Assembly (NCBI GenBank): GCA_040954595.2 | Contig: CM082581.2 | Span: forward strand, 12,783,921 to 12,847,920 | Source of the DNA: Balanoglossus misakiensis | Taxonomy: Eukaryota > Animalia > Hemichordata | Length of the DNA: 64,000 bases | Direction of reading: 5' to 3' | Shown here: positions 1 through 35,131 of the stretch, piece after piece | Layout: the number at the start of each line of letters is the position of its first letter | How positions within the stretch are numbered: position 1 is the first letter of the stretch | The notes under the pieces: model-generated | What the model was told of the DNA's origin: nothing | Databases searched by the model: none | Seen by the model: only the letters and a program-made list of their open reading frames with translations | Program-made: the position numbers and the translations under genes

Positions 1-3000
1 TCATGGGTTATAGCTCAGGAAAATCGTCAAAAATCGACGAATTTTCGACTTTGCGAATTTTCGAAATTTGGTGATTTTTTGAAAAAATCATGGGTTATAG
101 CTCATGAAAATCGTCTAAAATCGACGATTTTTGGACTTTGCGAATTTTCGAAATTTGGTGATTTTTTGAAAAAATCATGGGTTATAGCTCATGAAAATCG
201 TCAAAAATCGACGATTTTTGGACTTTGCGAATTTTCGAAATTTGGTGATTTTTTGAAAAAATCATGGGTTATAGCTCATGAAAATCGTCAGAAAATGACA
301 ATTTTTCGACTTTGCGGAATTTCAAAATTTCGTCGATTTTTGAAAAAATCATGGGTTATAGCTCAGGAAAATCGTCAAAAATCGACGATTTTTGGACTTT
401 GCGAATTTTCGAAATTTGGTGATTTTTTGAAAAAATCATGGGTTATAGCTCAGGAAAATCGTCAAAAATCGACGATTTTTGGACTTTGCGAATTTTCGAA
501 ATTTGGTGATTTTTTGAAAAAATCATGGGTTATAGCTCAGGAAAATCGTCAAAATCGACGATTTTTGGACTTTGCGAATTTTCGAAATTTGGTGATTTTT
601 TGAAAAAATCATGGGTTATAGCTCAGGAAAATCGTCAAAAATCGACGATTTTTGGACTTGCGAATTTTCGAAATTTGGTGATTTTTTGAAAAAATCATGG
701 GTTATAGCTCAGGAAAATCGTCAAAAATCGACGAATTTTGGACTTTGCGAATTTTCGAAATTTGGTGATTTTTTGAAAAAATCATGGGTTATAGCTCAGG
801 AAAATCGTCAAAAATCGACGATTTTTGGACTTTGCGAATTTTCGAAATTTGGTGATTTTTTGAAAAAATCATGGGTTATAGCTCAGGAAAATCGTCAAAA
901 ATCGACGATTTTTGGACTTTGCGAATTTTCGAAATTTGGTGATTTTTTGAAAAAATCATGGGTTATAGCTCAGGAAAATCGTCAAAAATCGACGATTTTT
1001 GGACTTTGCGAATTTTCGAAATTTGGTGATTTTTTGAAAAAATCATGGGTTATAGCTCAGGAAAATCGTCAAAAATCGACGATTTTTGGACTTTGCGAAT
1101 TTTCGAAATTTGGTGATTTTTTGAAAAAATCATGGGTTATAGCTCAGGAAAATCGTCAAAAATCGACGATTTTTGGACTTTGCGAATTTTCGAAATTTGG
1201 TGATTTTTTGAAAAAATCATGGGTTATAGCTCAGGAAAATCGTCAAAAATCGACGATTTTTGGACTTTGCGAATTTTCGAAATTTGGTGATTTTTTGAAA
1301 AAATCATGGGTTATAGCTCAGGAAAATCGTCAAAAATCGACGATTTTTGGACTTTGCGAATTTTCGAAATTTGGTGATTTTTTGAAAAAATCATGGGTTA
1401 TAGCTCAGGAAAATCGTCAAAAATCGACGATTTTTGGACTTTGCGAATTTTCGAAATTTGGTGATTTTTTGAAAAAATCATGGGTTATAGCTCAGGAAAA
1501 TCGTCAAAAATCGACGATTTTTGGACTTTGCGAATTTTCGAAATTTGGTGATTTTTTGAAAAAATCATGGGTTATAGCTCAGGAAAATCGTCAAAAATCG
1601 ACGATTTTTGGACTTTGCGAATTTTCGAAATTTGGTGATTTTTTGAAAAAATCATGGGTTATAGCTCAGGAAAATCGTCAAAAATCGACGATTTTTGGAC
1701 TTTGCGAATTTTCGAAATTTGGTGATTTTTTGAAAAAATCATGGGTTATAGCTCAGGAAAATCGTCAAAAATCGACGATTTTTGGACTTTGCGAATTTTC
1801 GAAATTTGGTGATTTTTTGAAAAAATCATGGGTTATAGCTCAGGAAAATCGTCAAAAATCGACGATTTTTGGACTTTGCGAATTTTCGAAATTTGGTGAT
1901 TTTTTGAAAAAATCATGGGTTATAGCTCAGGAAAATCGTCAAAAATCGACGATTTTTGGACTTTGCGAATTTTCGAAATTTGGTGATTTTTTGAAAAAAT
2001 CATGGGTTATAGCTCAGGAAAATCGTCAAAAATCGACGATTTTTGGACTTTGCGAATTTTCGAAATTTGGTGATTTTTTGAAAAAATCATGGGTTATAGC
2101 TCAGGAAAATCGTCAAAAATCGACGATTTTTGGACTTTGCGAATTTTCGAAATTTGGTGATTTTTTGAAAAAATCATGGGTTATAGCTCAGGAAAATCGT
2201 CAAAAATCGACGATTTTTGGACTTTGCGAATTTTCGAAATTTGGTGATTTTTTGAAAAAATCATGGGTTATAGCTCAGGAAAATCGTCAAAAATCGACGA
2301 TTTTTGGACTTTGCGAATTTTCGAAATTTGGTGATTTTTTGAAAAAATCATGGGTTATAGCTCAGGAAAATCGTCAAAAATCGACGATTTTTGGACTTTG
2401 CGAATTTTCGAAATTTGGTGATTTTTTGAAAAAATCATGGGTTATAGCTCAGGAAAATCGTCAAAAATCGACGATTTTTGGACTTTGCGAATTTTCGAAA
2501 TTTGGTGATTTTTTGAAAAAATCATGGGTTATAGCTCAGGAAAATCGTCAAAAATCGACGATTTTTGGACTTTGCGAATTTTCGAAATTTGGTGATTTTT
2601 TGAAAAAATCATGGGTTATAGCTCAGGAAAATCGTCAAAAATCGACGATTTTTGGACTTTGCGAATTTTCGAAATTTGGTGATTTTTTGAAAAAATCATG
2701 GGTTATAGCTCAGGAAAATCGTCAAAAATCGACGATTTTTGGACTTTGCGAATTTTCGAAATTTGGTGATTTTTTGAAAAAATCATGGGTTATAGCTCAG
2801 GAAAATCGTCAAAAATCGACGATTTTTGGACTTTGCGAATTTTCGAAATTTGGTGATTTTTTGAAAAAATCATGGGTTATAGCTCAGGAAAATCGTCAAA
2901 AATCGACGATTTTTGGACTTTGCGAATTTTCGAAATTTGGTGATTTTTTGAAAAAATCATGGGTTATAGCTCAGGAAAATCGTCAAAAATCGACGATTTT

Positions 3001-6000
3001 TGGACTTTGCGAATTTTCGAAATTTGGTGATTTTTTGAAAAAATCATGGGTTATAGCTCAGGAAAATCGTCAAAAATCGACGATTTTTGGACTTTGCGAA
3101 TTTTCGAAATTTGGTGATTTTTTGAAAAAATCATGGGTTATAGCTCAGGAAAATCGTCAAAAATCGACGATTTTTGGACTTTGCGAATTTTCGAAATTTG
3201 GTGATTTTTTGAAAAAATCATGGGTTATAGCTCAGGAAAATCGTCAAAAATCGACGATTTTTGGACTTTGCGAATTTTCGAAATTTGGTGATTTTTTGAA
3301 AAAATCATGGGTTATAGCTCAGGAAAATCGTCAAAAATCGACGATTTTTGGACTTTGCGAATTTTCGAAATTTGGTGATTTTTTGAAAAAATCATGGGTT
3401 ATAGCTCAGGAAAATCGTCAAAAATCGACGATTTTTGGACTTTGCGAATTTTCGAAATTTGGTGATTTTTTGAAAAAATCATGGGTTATAGCTCAGGAAA
3501 ATCGTCAAAAATCGACGATTTTTGGACTTTGCGAATTTTCGAAATTTGGTGATTTTTTGAAAAAATCATGGGTTATAGCTCAGGAAAATCGTCAAAAATC
3601 GACGATTTTTGGACTTTGCGAATTTTCGAAATTTGGTGATTTTTTGAAAAAATCATGGGTTATAGCTCAGGAAAATCGTCAAAAATCGACGATTTTTGGA
3701 CTTTGCGAATTTTCGAAATTTGGTGATTTTTTGAAAAAATCATGGGTTATAGCTCAGGAAAATCGTCAAAAATCGACGATTTTTGGACTTTGCGAATTTT
3801 CGAAATTTGGTGATTTTTTGAAAAAATCATGGGTTATAGCTCAGGAAAATCGTCAAAAATCGACGATTTTTGGACTTTGCGAATTTTCGAAATTTGGTGA
3901 TTTTTTGAAAAAATCATGGGTTATAGCTCAGGAAAATCGTCAAAAATCGACGATTTTTGGACTTTGCGAATTTTCGAAATTTGGTGATTTTTTGAAAAAA
4001 TCATGGGTTATAGCTCAGGAAAATCGTCAAAAATCGACGATTTTTGGACTTTGCGAATTTTCGAAATTTGGTGATTTTTTGAAAAAATCATGGGTTATAG
4101 CTCAGGAAAATCGTCAAAAATCGACGATTTTTGGACTTTGCGAATTTTCGAAATTTGGTGATTTTTTGAAAAAATCATGGGTTATAGCTCAGGAAAATCG
4201 TCAAAAATCGACGATTTTTGGACTTTGCGAATTTTCGAAATTTGGTGATTTTTTGAAAAAATCATGGGTTATAGCTCAGGAAAATCGTCAAAAATCGACG
4301 ATTTTTGGACTTTGCGAATTTTCGAAATTTGGTGATTTTTTGAAAAAATCATGGGTTATAGCTCAGGAAAATCGTCAAAAATCGACGATTTTTGGACTTT
4401 GCGAATTTTCGAAATTTGGTGATTTTTTGAAAAAATCATGGGTTATAGCTCAGGAAAATCGTCAAAAATCGACGATTTTTGGACTTTGCGAATTTTCGAA
4501 ATTTGGTGATTTTTTGAAAAAATCATGGGTTATAGCTCAGGAAAATCGTCAAAAATCGACGATTTTTGGACTTTGCGAATTTTCGAAATTTGGTGATTTT
4601 TTGAAAAAATCATGGGTTATAGCTCAGGAAAATCGTCAAAAATCGACGATTTTTGGACTTTGCGAATTTTCGAAATTTGGTGATTTTTTGAAAAAATCAT
4701 GGGTTATAGCTCAGGAAAATCGTCAAAAATCGACGATTTTTGGACTTTGCGAATTTTCGAAATTTGGTGATTTTTTGAAAAAATCATGGGTTATAGCTCA
4801 GGAAAATCGTCAAAATCGACGATTTTTGGACTTTGCGAATTTTCGAAATTTGGTGATTTTTTGAAAAAATCATGGGTTATAGCTCAGGAAAATCGTCAAA
4901 AATCGACGATTTTTGGACTTTGCGAATTTTCGAAATTTGGTGATTTTTTGAAAAAATCATGGGTTATAGCTCAGGAAAATCGTCAAAAATCGACGATTTT
5001 TGGACTTTGCGAATTTTCGAAATTTGGTGATTTTTTGAAAAAATCATGGGTTATAGCTCAGGAAAATCGTCAAAAATCGACGATTTTTGGACTTTGCGAA
5101 TTTTCGAAATTTGGTGATTTTTTGAAAAAATCATGGGTTATAGCTCAGGAAAATCGTCAAAAATCGACGATTTTTGGACTTTGCGAATTTTCGAAATTTG
5201 GTGATTTTTTGAAAAAATCATGGGTTATAGCTCAGGAAAATCGTCAAAAATCGACGATTTTTGGACTTTGCGAATTTTCGAAATTTGGTGATTTTTTGAA
5301 AAAATCATGGGTTATAGCTCAGGAAAATCGTCAAAAATCGACGATTTTTGGACTTTGCGAATTTTCGAAATTTGGTGATTTTTTGAAAAAAATCATGGGT
5401 TATAGCTCAGGAAAATCGTCAAAAATCGACGATTTTTGGACTTTGCGAATTTTCGAAATTTGGTGATTTTTTGAAAAAATCATGGGTTATAGCTCAGGAA
5501 AATCGTCAAAAATCGACGATTTTTGGACTTTGCGAATTTTCGAAATTTGGTGATTTTTTGAAAAAATCATGGGTTATAGCTCAGGAAAATCGTCAAAAAT
5601 CGACGATTTTTGGACTTTGCGAATTTTCGAAATTTGGTGATTTTTTGAAAAAATCATGGGTTATAGCTCAGGAAAATCGTCAAAAATCGACGATTTTTGG
5701 ACTTTGCGAATTTTCGAAATTTGGTGATTTTTTGAAAAAATCATGGGTTATAGCTCAGGAAAATCGTCAAAAATCGACGATTTTTGAACTTTGCGAATTT
5801 TCGAAATTTGGTGATTTTTTGAAAAAATCATGGGTTATAGCTCATGAAAATCGTCAAAAATCGACGATTTTTGGACTTTGCGAATTTTCGAAATTTGGTG
5901 ATTTTTTGAAAAAATCATGGGTTATAGCTCATGAAAATCGTCAAAAATCGACGATTTTTGGACTTTGCGAATTTTCGAAATTTGGTGATTTTTTGAAAAA

Positions 6001-7205
6001 ATCATGGGTTATAGCTCAGGAAAATCGTCAAAAATCGACGATTTTTGGACTTTGCGAATTTTCGAAATTTGGTGATTTTTTGAAAAAAATCATGGGTTAT
6101 AGCTCAGGAAAATCGTCAAAAATCGACGATTTTTGGACTTTGCGAATTTTCGAAATTTGGTGATTTTTTGAAAAAATCATGGGTTATAGCTCAGGAAAAT
6201 CGTCAAAAATCGACGATTTTTGGACTTTGCGAATTTTCGAAATTTGGTGATTTTTTGAAAAAATCATGGGTTATAGCTCAGGAAAATCGTCAAAAATCGA
6301 CGATTTTTGGACTTTGCGAATTTTCGAAATTTGGTGATTTTTTGAAAAAATCATGGGTTATAGCTCAGGAAAATCGTCAAAAATCGACGATTTTTGGACT
6401 TTGCGAATTTTCGAAATTTGGTGATTTTTTGAAAAAATCATGGGTTATAGCTCAGGAAAATCGTCAAAAATCGACGATTTTTGGACTTTGCGAATTTTCG
6501 AAATTTGGTGATTTTTTGAAAAAATCATGGGTTATAGCTCAGGAAAATCGTCAAAAATCGACGATTTTTGGACTTTGCGACTTTTCGAAATTTGGTGATT
6601 TTTTGAAAAAATCATGGGTTATAGCTCAGGAAAATCGTCAAAAATCGACGATTTTTGGACTTTGCGAATTTTCGAAATTTGGTGATTTTTTGAAAAAATC
6701 ATGGGTTATAGCTCAGGAAAATCGTCAAAAATCGACGATTTTTGGACTTTGCGAATTTTCGAAATTTGGTGATTTTTTGAAAAAATCATGGGTTATAGCT
6801 CAGGAAAATCGTCAAAAATCGACGATTTTTGAACTTTGCGAATTTTCGAAATTTGGTGATTTTTTGAAAAAATCATGGGTTATAGCTCATGAAAATCGTC
6901 AAAAATCGACGATTTTTGGACTTTGCGAATTTTCGAAATTTGGTGATTTTTTGAAAAAATCATGGGTTATAGCTCAGGAAAATCGTCAAAAATCGACGAT
7001 TTTTGGACTTTGCGAATTTTCGAAATTTGGTGATTTTTTGAAAAAATCATGGGTTATAGCTCAGGAAAATCGTCAAAAATCGACGATTTTTGGACTTTGC
7101 GAATTTTCGAAATTTGGTGATTTTTTGAAAAAATCATGGGTTATAGCTCAGGAAAATCGTCAAAAATCGACGATTTTTGGACTTTGCGAATTTTCGAAAT
7201 TTGGT
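1..7205. repeat. 87-bp tandem satellite array, about 83 copies in the window, continuing past the left edge
   Basis: Unit is TCATGGGTTATAGCTCAGGAAAATCGTCAAAAATCGACGATTTTTGGACTTTGCGAATTTTCGAAATTTGGTGATTTTTTGAAAAAA. Copies are essentially identical from about 780 to 4780. Variants (ctcaTg, tttgAact, 1-bp homopolymer indels) cluster toward both ends. Confidence 0.99.
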
Positions 7206-7294
7206 CATTTTTTGATGATTTTCATGAGCTATAACCCATGATTTTTTAGTCCGAAAATTTGACAATGAGCGCCCTCGTGCGACAGTCCACCATG
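7204..7294 (-). repeat. Inverted partial satellite unit plus short unique terminus (possible transposon end)
   Basis: 7209-7247 TTTTTGATGATTTTCATGAGCTATAACCCATGATTTTTT is the reverse complement of the ctcaTg variant unit with one mismatch. It is followed by about 47 bp of GC-richer sequence ending CCACCATG. Confidence 0.8.
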
Positions 7295-10250
7295 GCTACA
7301 ATTATTGCAGCTACATTGATTTAAAATATTCAGAATCTGAAAAGTACTTTCAGTTTCTATAACTAGACACAACACTGCAGGTCGAAACTGTCATGCATGC
7401 TTGATTTCCCACAAACCCTAATATCCGTATATTAAAACATATAGAGTAAAAGAAACATGATAAATGAGATACGACACGTCTCCTTGATTATATTTATGAT
7501 GCTTATATTTGCAAATCGTGACTTTGAATGTTATTCAGAGCCTAGGTAACATCATTTGTCACGAAGCAATGATAACAGCCAAAGAAAAACTCTGCATGCA
7601 TCAGTTGCCATTGATTATTATATGTATAGCATTCCAAATATACTACATGTACCCTGTATGAAGTTGTGTTTGCGAAAATAAAAAAATACTTTTCTCATAC
7701 GCTGTTCAATTAAGACAACTTTATATTATTTAACACAAAGACAAAACTCTCTTTTTCTTGAAAAATAATCACAAAAACAATCTTTATTCATGAATTGTAC
7801 ATTGTATTCACATGCCAGTTTAAAGACTGAATTCAACAACGCAAAGTGTTCAAAATTACACCAGACGTAATAATGTAAAACAAGAACTGCAGTTTATCAC
7901 AGTCTTACATTTGAGTTTAATAAATTGTAATACTTGTTTAACATCACCATTAAAGGGATGGACAAAAAAAGAATGTTACAGCTGCTCGTGAACTACAAGT
8001 AAAATTTCAGCGGCTTAACAGCCAAACTAAAAACTCTCATGAATTAGTCATCAGAAATGCACCATTTGACATATATTTGAGAGAGGTGCAGAGTTTGAAA
8101 CCTGTTGGATCTGTGTAGCTATGTGGCATGCAAGGCTGAAGAGGTGGGACTAGCCATTATACAGGGAAATGGGTGTAAAATGAAGTCTACCCAAGACTAA
8201 ACATCTATAGAGGCTACCACTTTAAAAAATGTAAATTCACAAAATTTATACATATATTCCACAGGGAGTTACCATTGCATATAAATCTCTCAGTTACATA
8301 TTGCGGATCTAACATTTTGGCAGTGTTCGCAGACATGGACTATAAAAATCATCAACTCCTAAACTCACTGTCTGCGTGTACTCCACTGATGATAATAGTT
8401 TTTAAACAGAAGGATGACCTATGACAAAAGTCAATTTTCCACCATTGTTAAAGCTTAATCAAGCGACATATGCCAGCAAGATTTATGATAGATTACAAAC
8501 ACACAGTGACACATACAAGGTCAGATTTGCATTGGAAGTGATGGTGACATCTTTGTGCGCTACACGTACAAGAATCCACGTGTCCATTGAGTGAATAAAA
8601 CAGCCAATATTCCATTTTCCATTTTTTTACAGACTCTTTTTATCAGATATTTCAAGCTGAAAAGCTAACACATCATTCAGCTCCCTAACAATTCAGCAAT
8701 GAATTCCCTCCCCCCCCCTCCCCATAAATCCTACTTTTCAATGTTTTTGTTTTGTTTTTGTGGACCATATGGAGGTACTCCTGCCCGTCGGCTATTCACT
8801 TTAAATGCCACGATTCAATGAACCACTTGTCACAGAGATTATTCCTAGCCAGCTTTTCATCCTTCACGTTTTTTTGATGGTTTATTCCACACACGGCAAA
8901 TTACTTCACTGGTTTGCAAATTTGTGGTGTCAGATTGGCATGTTGGAGACTACAAGGGATTTTGGTCAATGCTGTCTCATTCGGATGTCCTTAGCATCAA
9001 ATCTGACAGCTGCTACTACGTAATAAACACAATACAGTGCTCAAGCAAGCTATGGCTTTTTGTATCACTGCATGGTCGTTTCTGTTACAGAAATTATCAT
9101 TCTAGAATCATTTTTGCTATAGTGACAGATTTTTATGATGCAAATTTGACGAGGTTTTTCCATATCTATCACTGCTTTCACTCCTGACAATTTATTCTGT
9201 GAGAAACCAAAGGAAAGGATTATTTACCGCAAAAACACACAGATAGTGTACCAACTGTTTATCAGATGCTTGTCCACCAACACTTTGATTTTCAGTTACA
9301 TAAATTTGGAAACAGAATTGCACCTAAATGATTAAAACAGTCTGGACGTAAGTGTTTCACTTGTTTGTCAAACGTAACAGGCTGCTAGTGTGGTAACAGC
9401 TGCCATTATAGCTACACACCAGTCATGGGTCAACTGCCTGTAAACTTAACTAATACCCAAATCACAATTCCTGTCCAGTCACTTCTGGTATTACCACCTA
9501 GCATTGGACAGGTCTTCCTTGGCTTAATGACACTAATTAAGATGTATAATTTCTGTGACAAGTGACACTATAGAAATTTACGTTCACTCAATCATGGCAG
9601 CCATCTTTTCTGGGGTCCACCCATTAAAGATGGCCTCCAAAGGTACATGCACCACATCTTTAACCCTGCCAGATAAATGATGAATGACATTACAGTTAAA
9701 TCTGTTGCTAAAGAATAATAACATCACTTAAAAAATAAACAGTGGACCATATTGCAAAAATTTCTGATCTCGGTAAGCTATATGTATCAATCAGGGTTTT
9801 TTGGCATCTAATATTGCATAACTGATATTTGATTGCAGTTGGCAAGATATGGAATAATTGCCACATATTGTGTCTGTGGAAGAACAGTTACATGTAAAGG
9901 TCAGGTCAGGTGGACTATGTTATGGGTGAAATTCTTTGCACCAATTTTTAAAAGATACTGAAAAATAATGCTTTCAACAATAATTCTCTCTCAAGAGAAC
10001 ACCAAAACGAAAATAGTTAATTACGATGACATGCTGGCTCAGTTCATTTCTTGTGTAAATATTTTCATGGAATACTGCATGATCTTCTAACCCAGGGCTC
10101 CAGGTCGCAGGAACTTTCAGAGCCCTCTAGTGACGGCAGCGAGATGGATGCGTGCATGACGTAGACCGCCGTCAACAAAGTCTGCATCACCCCATTTTTG
10201 GAAGCCTTGCCCGCAACAATGCAATGGTATCGCCCTGTCAGCCTTGATTG

Positions 10251-31573
<21,323 letters not shown>

Positions 31574-34500
31574 ATGATTAGGGCACAGAAGTTGTCGTTT
31601 GTCGCACGATTGCTGACATCGTCGCGTGGGCCACCTCCTTCAGGAATCACCCACGCTTTGCTCTTGGGGAGCTCGAAGGGGGTTAGAACAGTGACGACCG
31701 ATGCTCCGTTGAATCCGGTTTTTATCAGATCTCTAGCATGTTGGAATGCCAACGTCCGATTACCGAGACCATGTGTGAGGGTTACACGGGTTTTACGACG
31801 AACGATGTGCTCGAGCTCTGATGCAAGATCACCTGGATCGGGAAAGGGCACAGAATGCGAATCGACACATCTTGTCAACAGAGGGCGCACTGTAGCGAGA
31901 AATGGATCCCCCTCCTCCGGACAGTTGGAGACTTCCAGCAAAACTAACACAGTGGATGCTAGGAAAGATAGTCCAAGTTCAAATCACTTTGATGAGGAAT
32001 ACTTCGGGGGTATTCTCAATTCCAGCGATCTTGAAACTGAAGCCATTACAGACAAAAACCGGGGACAACCCCAGCGCACTGATGAATCTAATTCACTGCT
32101 AGAATTGGATCATGACATGGCAGGGATAAATGTAATTGACAAACAGTACTTTGATAGTGCCTTCAGGGCAGAAATAAAACATGACATGTCTATTCCCACT
32201 GACCAAAAGGAAATTCACAACATGGCCAACATGCTGGAAGACCTTGATAATGAAATTGACCAACAGTATTTTGGTGCTGGGGGGAGTTTTGGAGATACAG
32301 TTTCTGGCATTTCAAAATCTGATCAGTTTAAGCATCAGAGAGTGCAGGACCACAGATACAAAGAGGAGAAGATGAACTGGAGAGGTGCTGCATTTCTCGA
32401 CACTTCAGTGGAAGAAGACGAACTCCTGCAGAGAGAAACTGACTTGGATTTGGAGGAAGAGGAAAGAGCGATGGTTCGCAGAATACAGAAAGCACTGCAG
32501 GAACTAGGGCAAGAGAAGATGAATCAGAGTCTCACAAAGTTTGAAGAGCTGCCAGTGGCTGAAAATGAAGAAGCCAAGCATGCTGACTTTGACTACTTGA
32601 GCTCCGAATCACACAGGCGTGTTGATGTTGAAGGACTACCCAGAGATGTGTCCGGCCTATTGGCCAGAGAGTTTGCCAGAGAAAAGGCCAAGGTTGACAA
32701 CACAGACGAATTAACAGTAGGTGCAGTAGATGCAAAAGTGTTAGAAAGTTCCGTCGTCGACGTTCTGAAGTCCCTAAAGAAGAAACGCCAGCCAATACGA
32801 AAGCCTAAGATACCCGGATCAGAGAGGATGTTTGGTACTCCAGATCCAAGTATTCCATCCAGCAATATGCCATGTGCTGGTTGTGGTGCAACGCTTCACT
32901 GCCATGCCATTGAAAAACCAGGCTATCTTCCCAGCGAGAAGTACAAGGCTCTGGATGTCCTTGAACTTGGTACGACAGTCTGCCAAAGGTGTTGGCTGCT
33001 AACCAACTACCAGATGGCGCTCAATGTCAACATCGGCCCAGAGGATTTTAAGAAAATAATATCCCGTGTCAAGAGTCGCAGAGCGCTTGTAATGTGCATG
33101 GTTGATCTCATGGATTTTCCCTGCAGCATTTTCCCCAATATGAGGGAGCTCATTGGAACAAACAAATCTGTCATAATTGTTGGAAATAAAGTAGATCTTT
33201 TACCGAGGGACTCGCCCAAATATCTCGATCACATTAAAACCAAGCTTTTGCAGGAGTGCGTGGAAGCCAACCTGGCGCCCATCGACAAAATCAAACACGT
33301 CAGCCTCATCAGCGCAAAATCTGGTTTTGGAATCGAGGATCTGATCAGCAGACTGCAGAAAATCTGGAAGTACAAAGGTGATGTGTACCTGGTGGGTTGC
33401 ACAAATGTTGGCAAATCATCTCTCTTCAACCAGCTTCTCAGGTCAGACTACTGCAAGACCAAAGTGTCTGATATAATACACCGAGCAACCATCTCAATCT
33501 GGCCGGGGACCACCTTGAACTTGCTCAAGTTTCCCATCTTGAGTCCAACTCCCGAGCGACTGGCACAGAGGAAAGAGCGGCTGGATGCCGAGAGGAGAAG
33601 AGAAAAGAGAGAAGGGGATTTCAAGAAGAAAGATACACCTTTTGATTATACTGCATATGTCAGTGGTAAGTTACAAACTTAAGATCATTTGGAGACAGAC
33701 CCATGTAATAATAGCTGCTTAATTTTAAAGACACGGCTCTCTGACTTCACTTGACTGACACGATCATTTTTTTTTCCAGGCACAGTAAGACAGACATTCA
33801 AGACAGATGATGAGACACCGGCAGAGCTCAGCTTCGATGTCGGGGATAATCCATTCCTGGTGGAAGTAGCAGATCCAGATAAGGCAAAACCAGGATCTAA
33901 ACCAGTCTGGAAAGGGAGTCAGATGCCGGAATTGCCTCATCCCAATGAACTCAAACAAGCCAAGTGGTTCTACGATACTCCGGGTGTCGTCAGTGAAAGT
34001 CAGGTGAGTGTTGCATTGCACCTAACTTGTTCCAAGGGGTGATTCAACTCTTTCAAGATATATTAAAATACCTGGTGAAAACAGAGAAATAGATGCAGTG
34101 TACCTTTCAGTGTGAGAAAAAAAACTGATGCAAATATTCCTGTGTGTTAACAGATACTGACAAAGCTGGATTCTGAGGAGCTGAAGTACGTGGTGCCTTC
34201 AAGAGTGCTGCTGCCACAGACAGTTCGAATCCGACCATCTCAAGTCATGTTTCTGGCTGGTCTCGGAAGGCTCGACTATGTGCAGGTGTTTTAACATTCT
34301 GGTTTACTGTCTGTGTATGTGTGTGCGAGATAGCCAGACAACATCCCATATTAGCTATGACTTACAGTATGTCTGATGGGATAAGTCTGTTATTGTTTTA
34401 TCCCATAGAAGATGCAGCTGTACTGATGGCTTCTTTATTTGCAGGGAGATGACTCCATCATGTTGACCGTGTTTGCATCCCACCATCTTCCAATCCACAT

Positions 34501-35131
34501 CTTTGAAATGCAGCAAGCAGAGGAGATGTATGCCAAGCATGCTGGGAAGGATATCTTCAAGGTAGGACTAAAAATCACTGCGAGGATTTGATGCAGTATT
34601 CACTGAAACTCTTGAATTCCTGTAAAGGGCACGCACTTCACCTATTACAGTTTTACTTTCAATGTAATCACACTGTCAAATGCAAACACACAGGTTCCCA
34701 TTGGAGGCAGCGAGAGAATGGAGAGTTTCCCAGCATTGGTTCCAAAGGATCTCACCATCAATGGAGTTGGTTGGAAACAAAGTGCCGCGGACATAGTGTT
34801 CTCATCAGCAGGTACATTGACCTTTTCATGACATTGGAAAAATAGGAATCCAAATTTTGGTCATGCATTTTTTTTAACTTTGTTGTTCACAAGACCATAT
34901 CATGCTTTATAAATGTGCTTGATTATCGTTGTTTCTCCGTTAGGCTGGGCTGCAGTCACTCTTGCCAAGGACACGGGAGTTGAACTGAGAGCTTACACAC
35001 CGGGTGGCATCGGATGTGTTGTGAGGAAGCCCCCTTTACTGCCGTTTGCGGTCAACTTCAGAGGAAAGAAATACAGAGATCTGGACAAACAGGCTTTCTA
35101 CAGAATCAACAAGACCAAGCTGATGCGATGA
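31574..35131 (+). CDS. NOA1: Nitric oxide-associated protein 1 (mitochondrial circularly permuted GTPase, YqeH family), 6 exons, 956 aa
   Basis: Exons: 31574-33665, 33780-34003, 34154-34285, 34445-34561, 34694-34811, 34944-35131, all phase-consistent. Has a zinc finger CAGC..CQRC, permuted G motifs in the order NKVD, SAK, GCTNVGKS, WPGTT, DTPG, a C-terminal LAGLGRLDY, and an Arg/Ser-rich presequence-like N-terminus. Confidence 0.95.

Noticed and set aside
1-7205. CRISPR-like array
   Set aside because: Units are contiguous and identical with no unique spacers, there are no cas genes, and the context is eukaryotic.
79-7241. Long ORFs (up to 1417 aa) of a 29-aa repeat in the satellite
   Set aside because: They follow from an 87-bp unit (a multiple of 3) lacking a stop in one frame. 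There is no synonymous divergence between units, 1-bp indels break the frame repeatedly, and no domain or gene structure is present.
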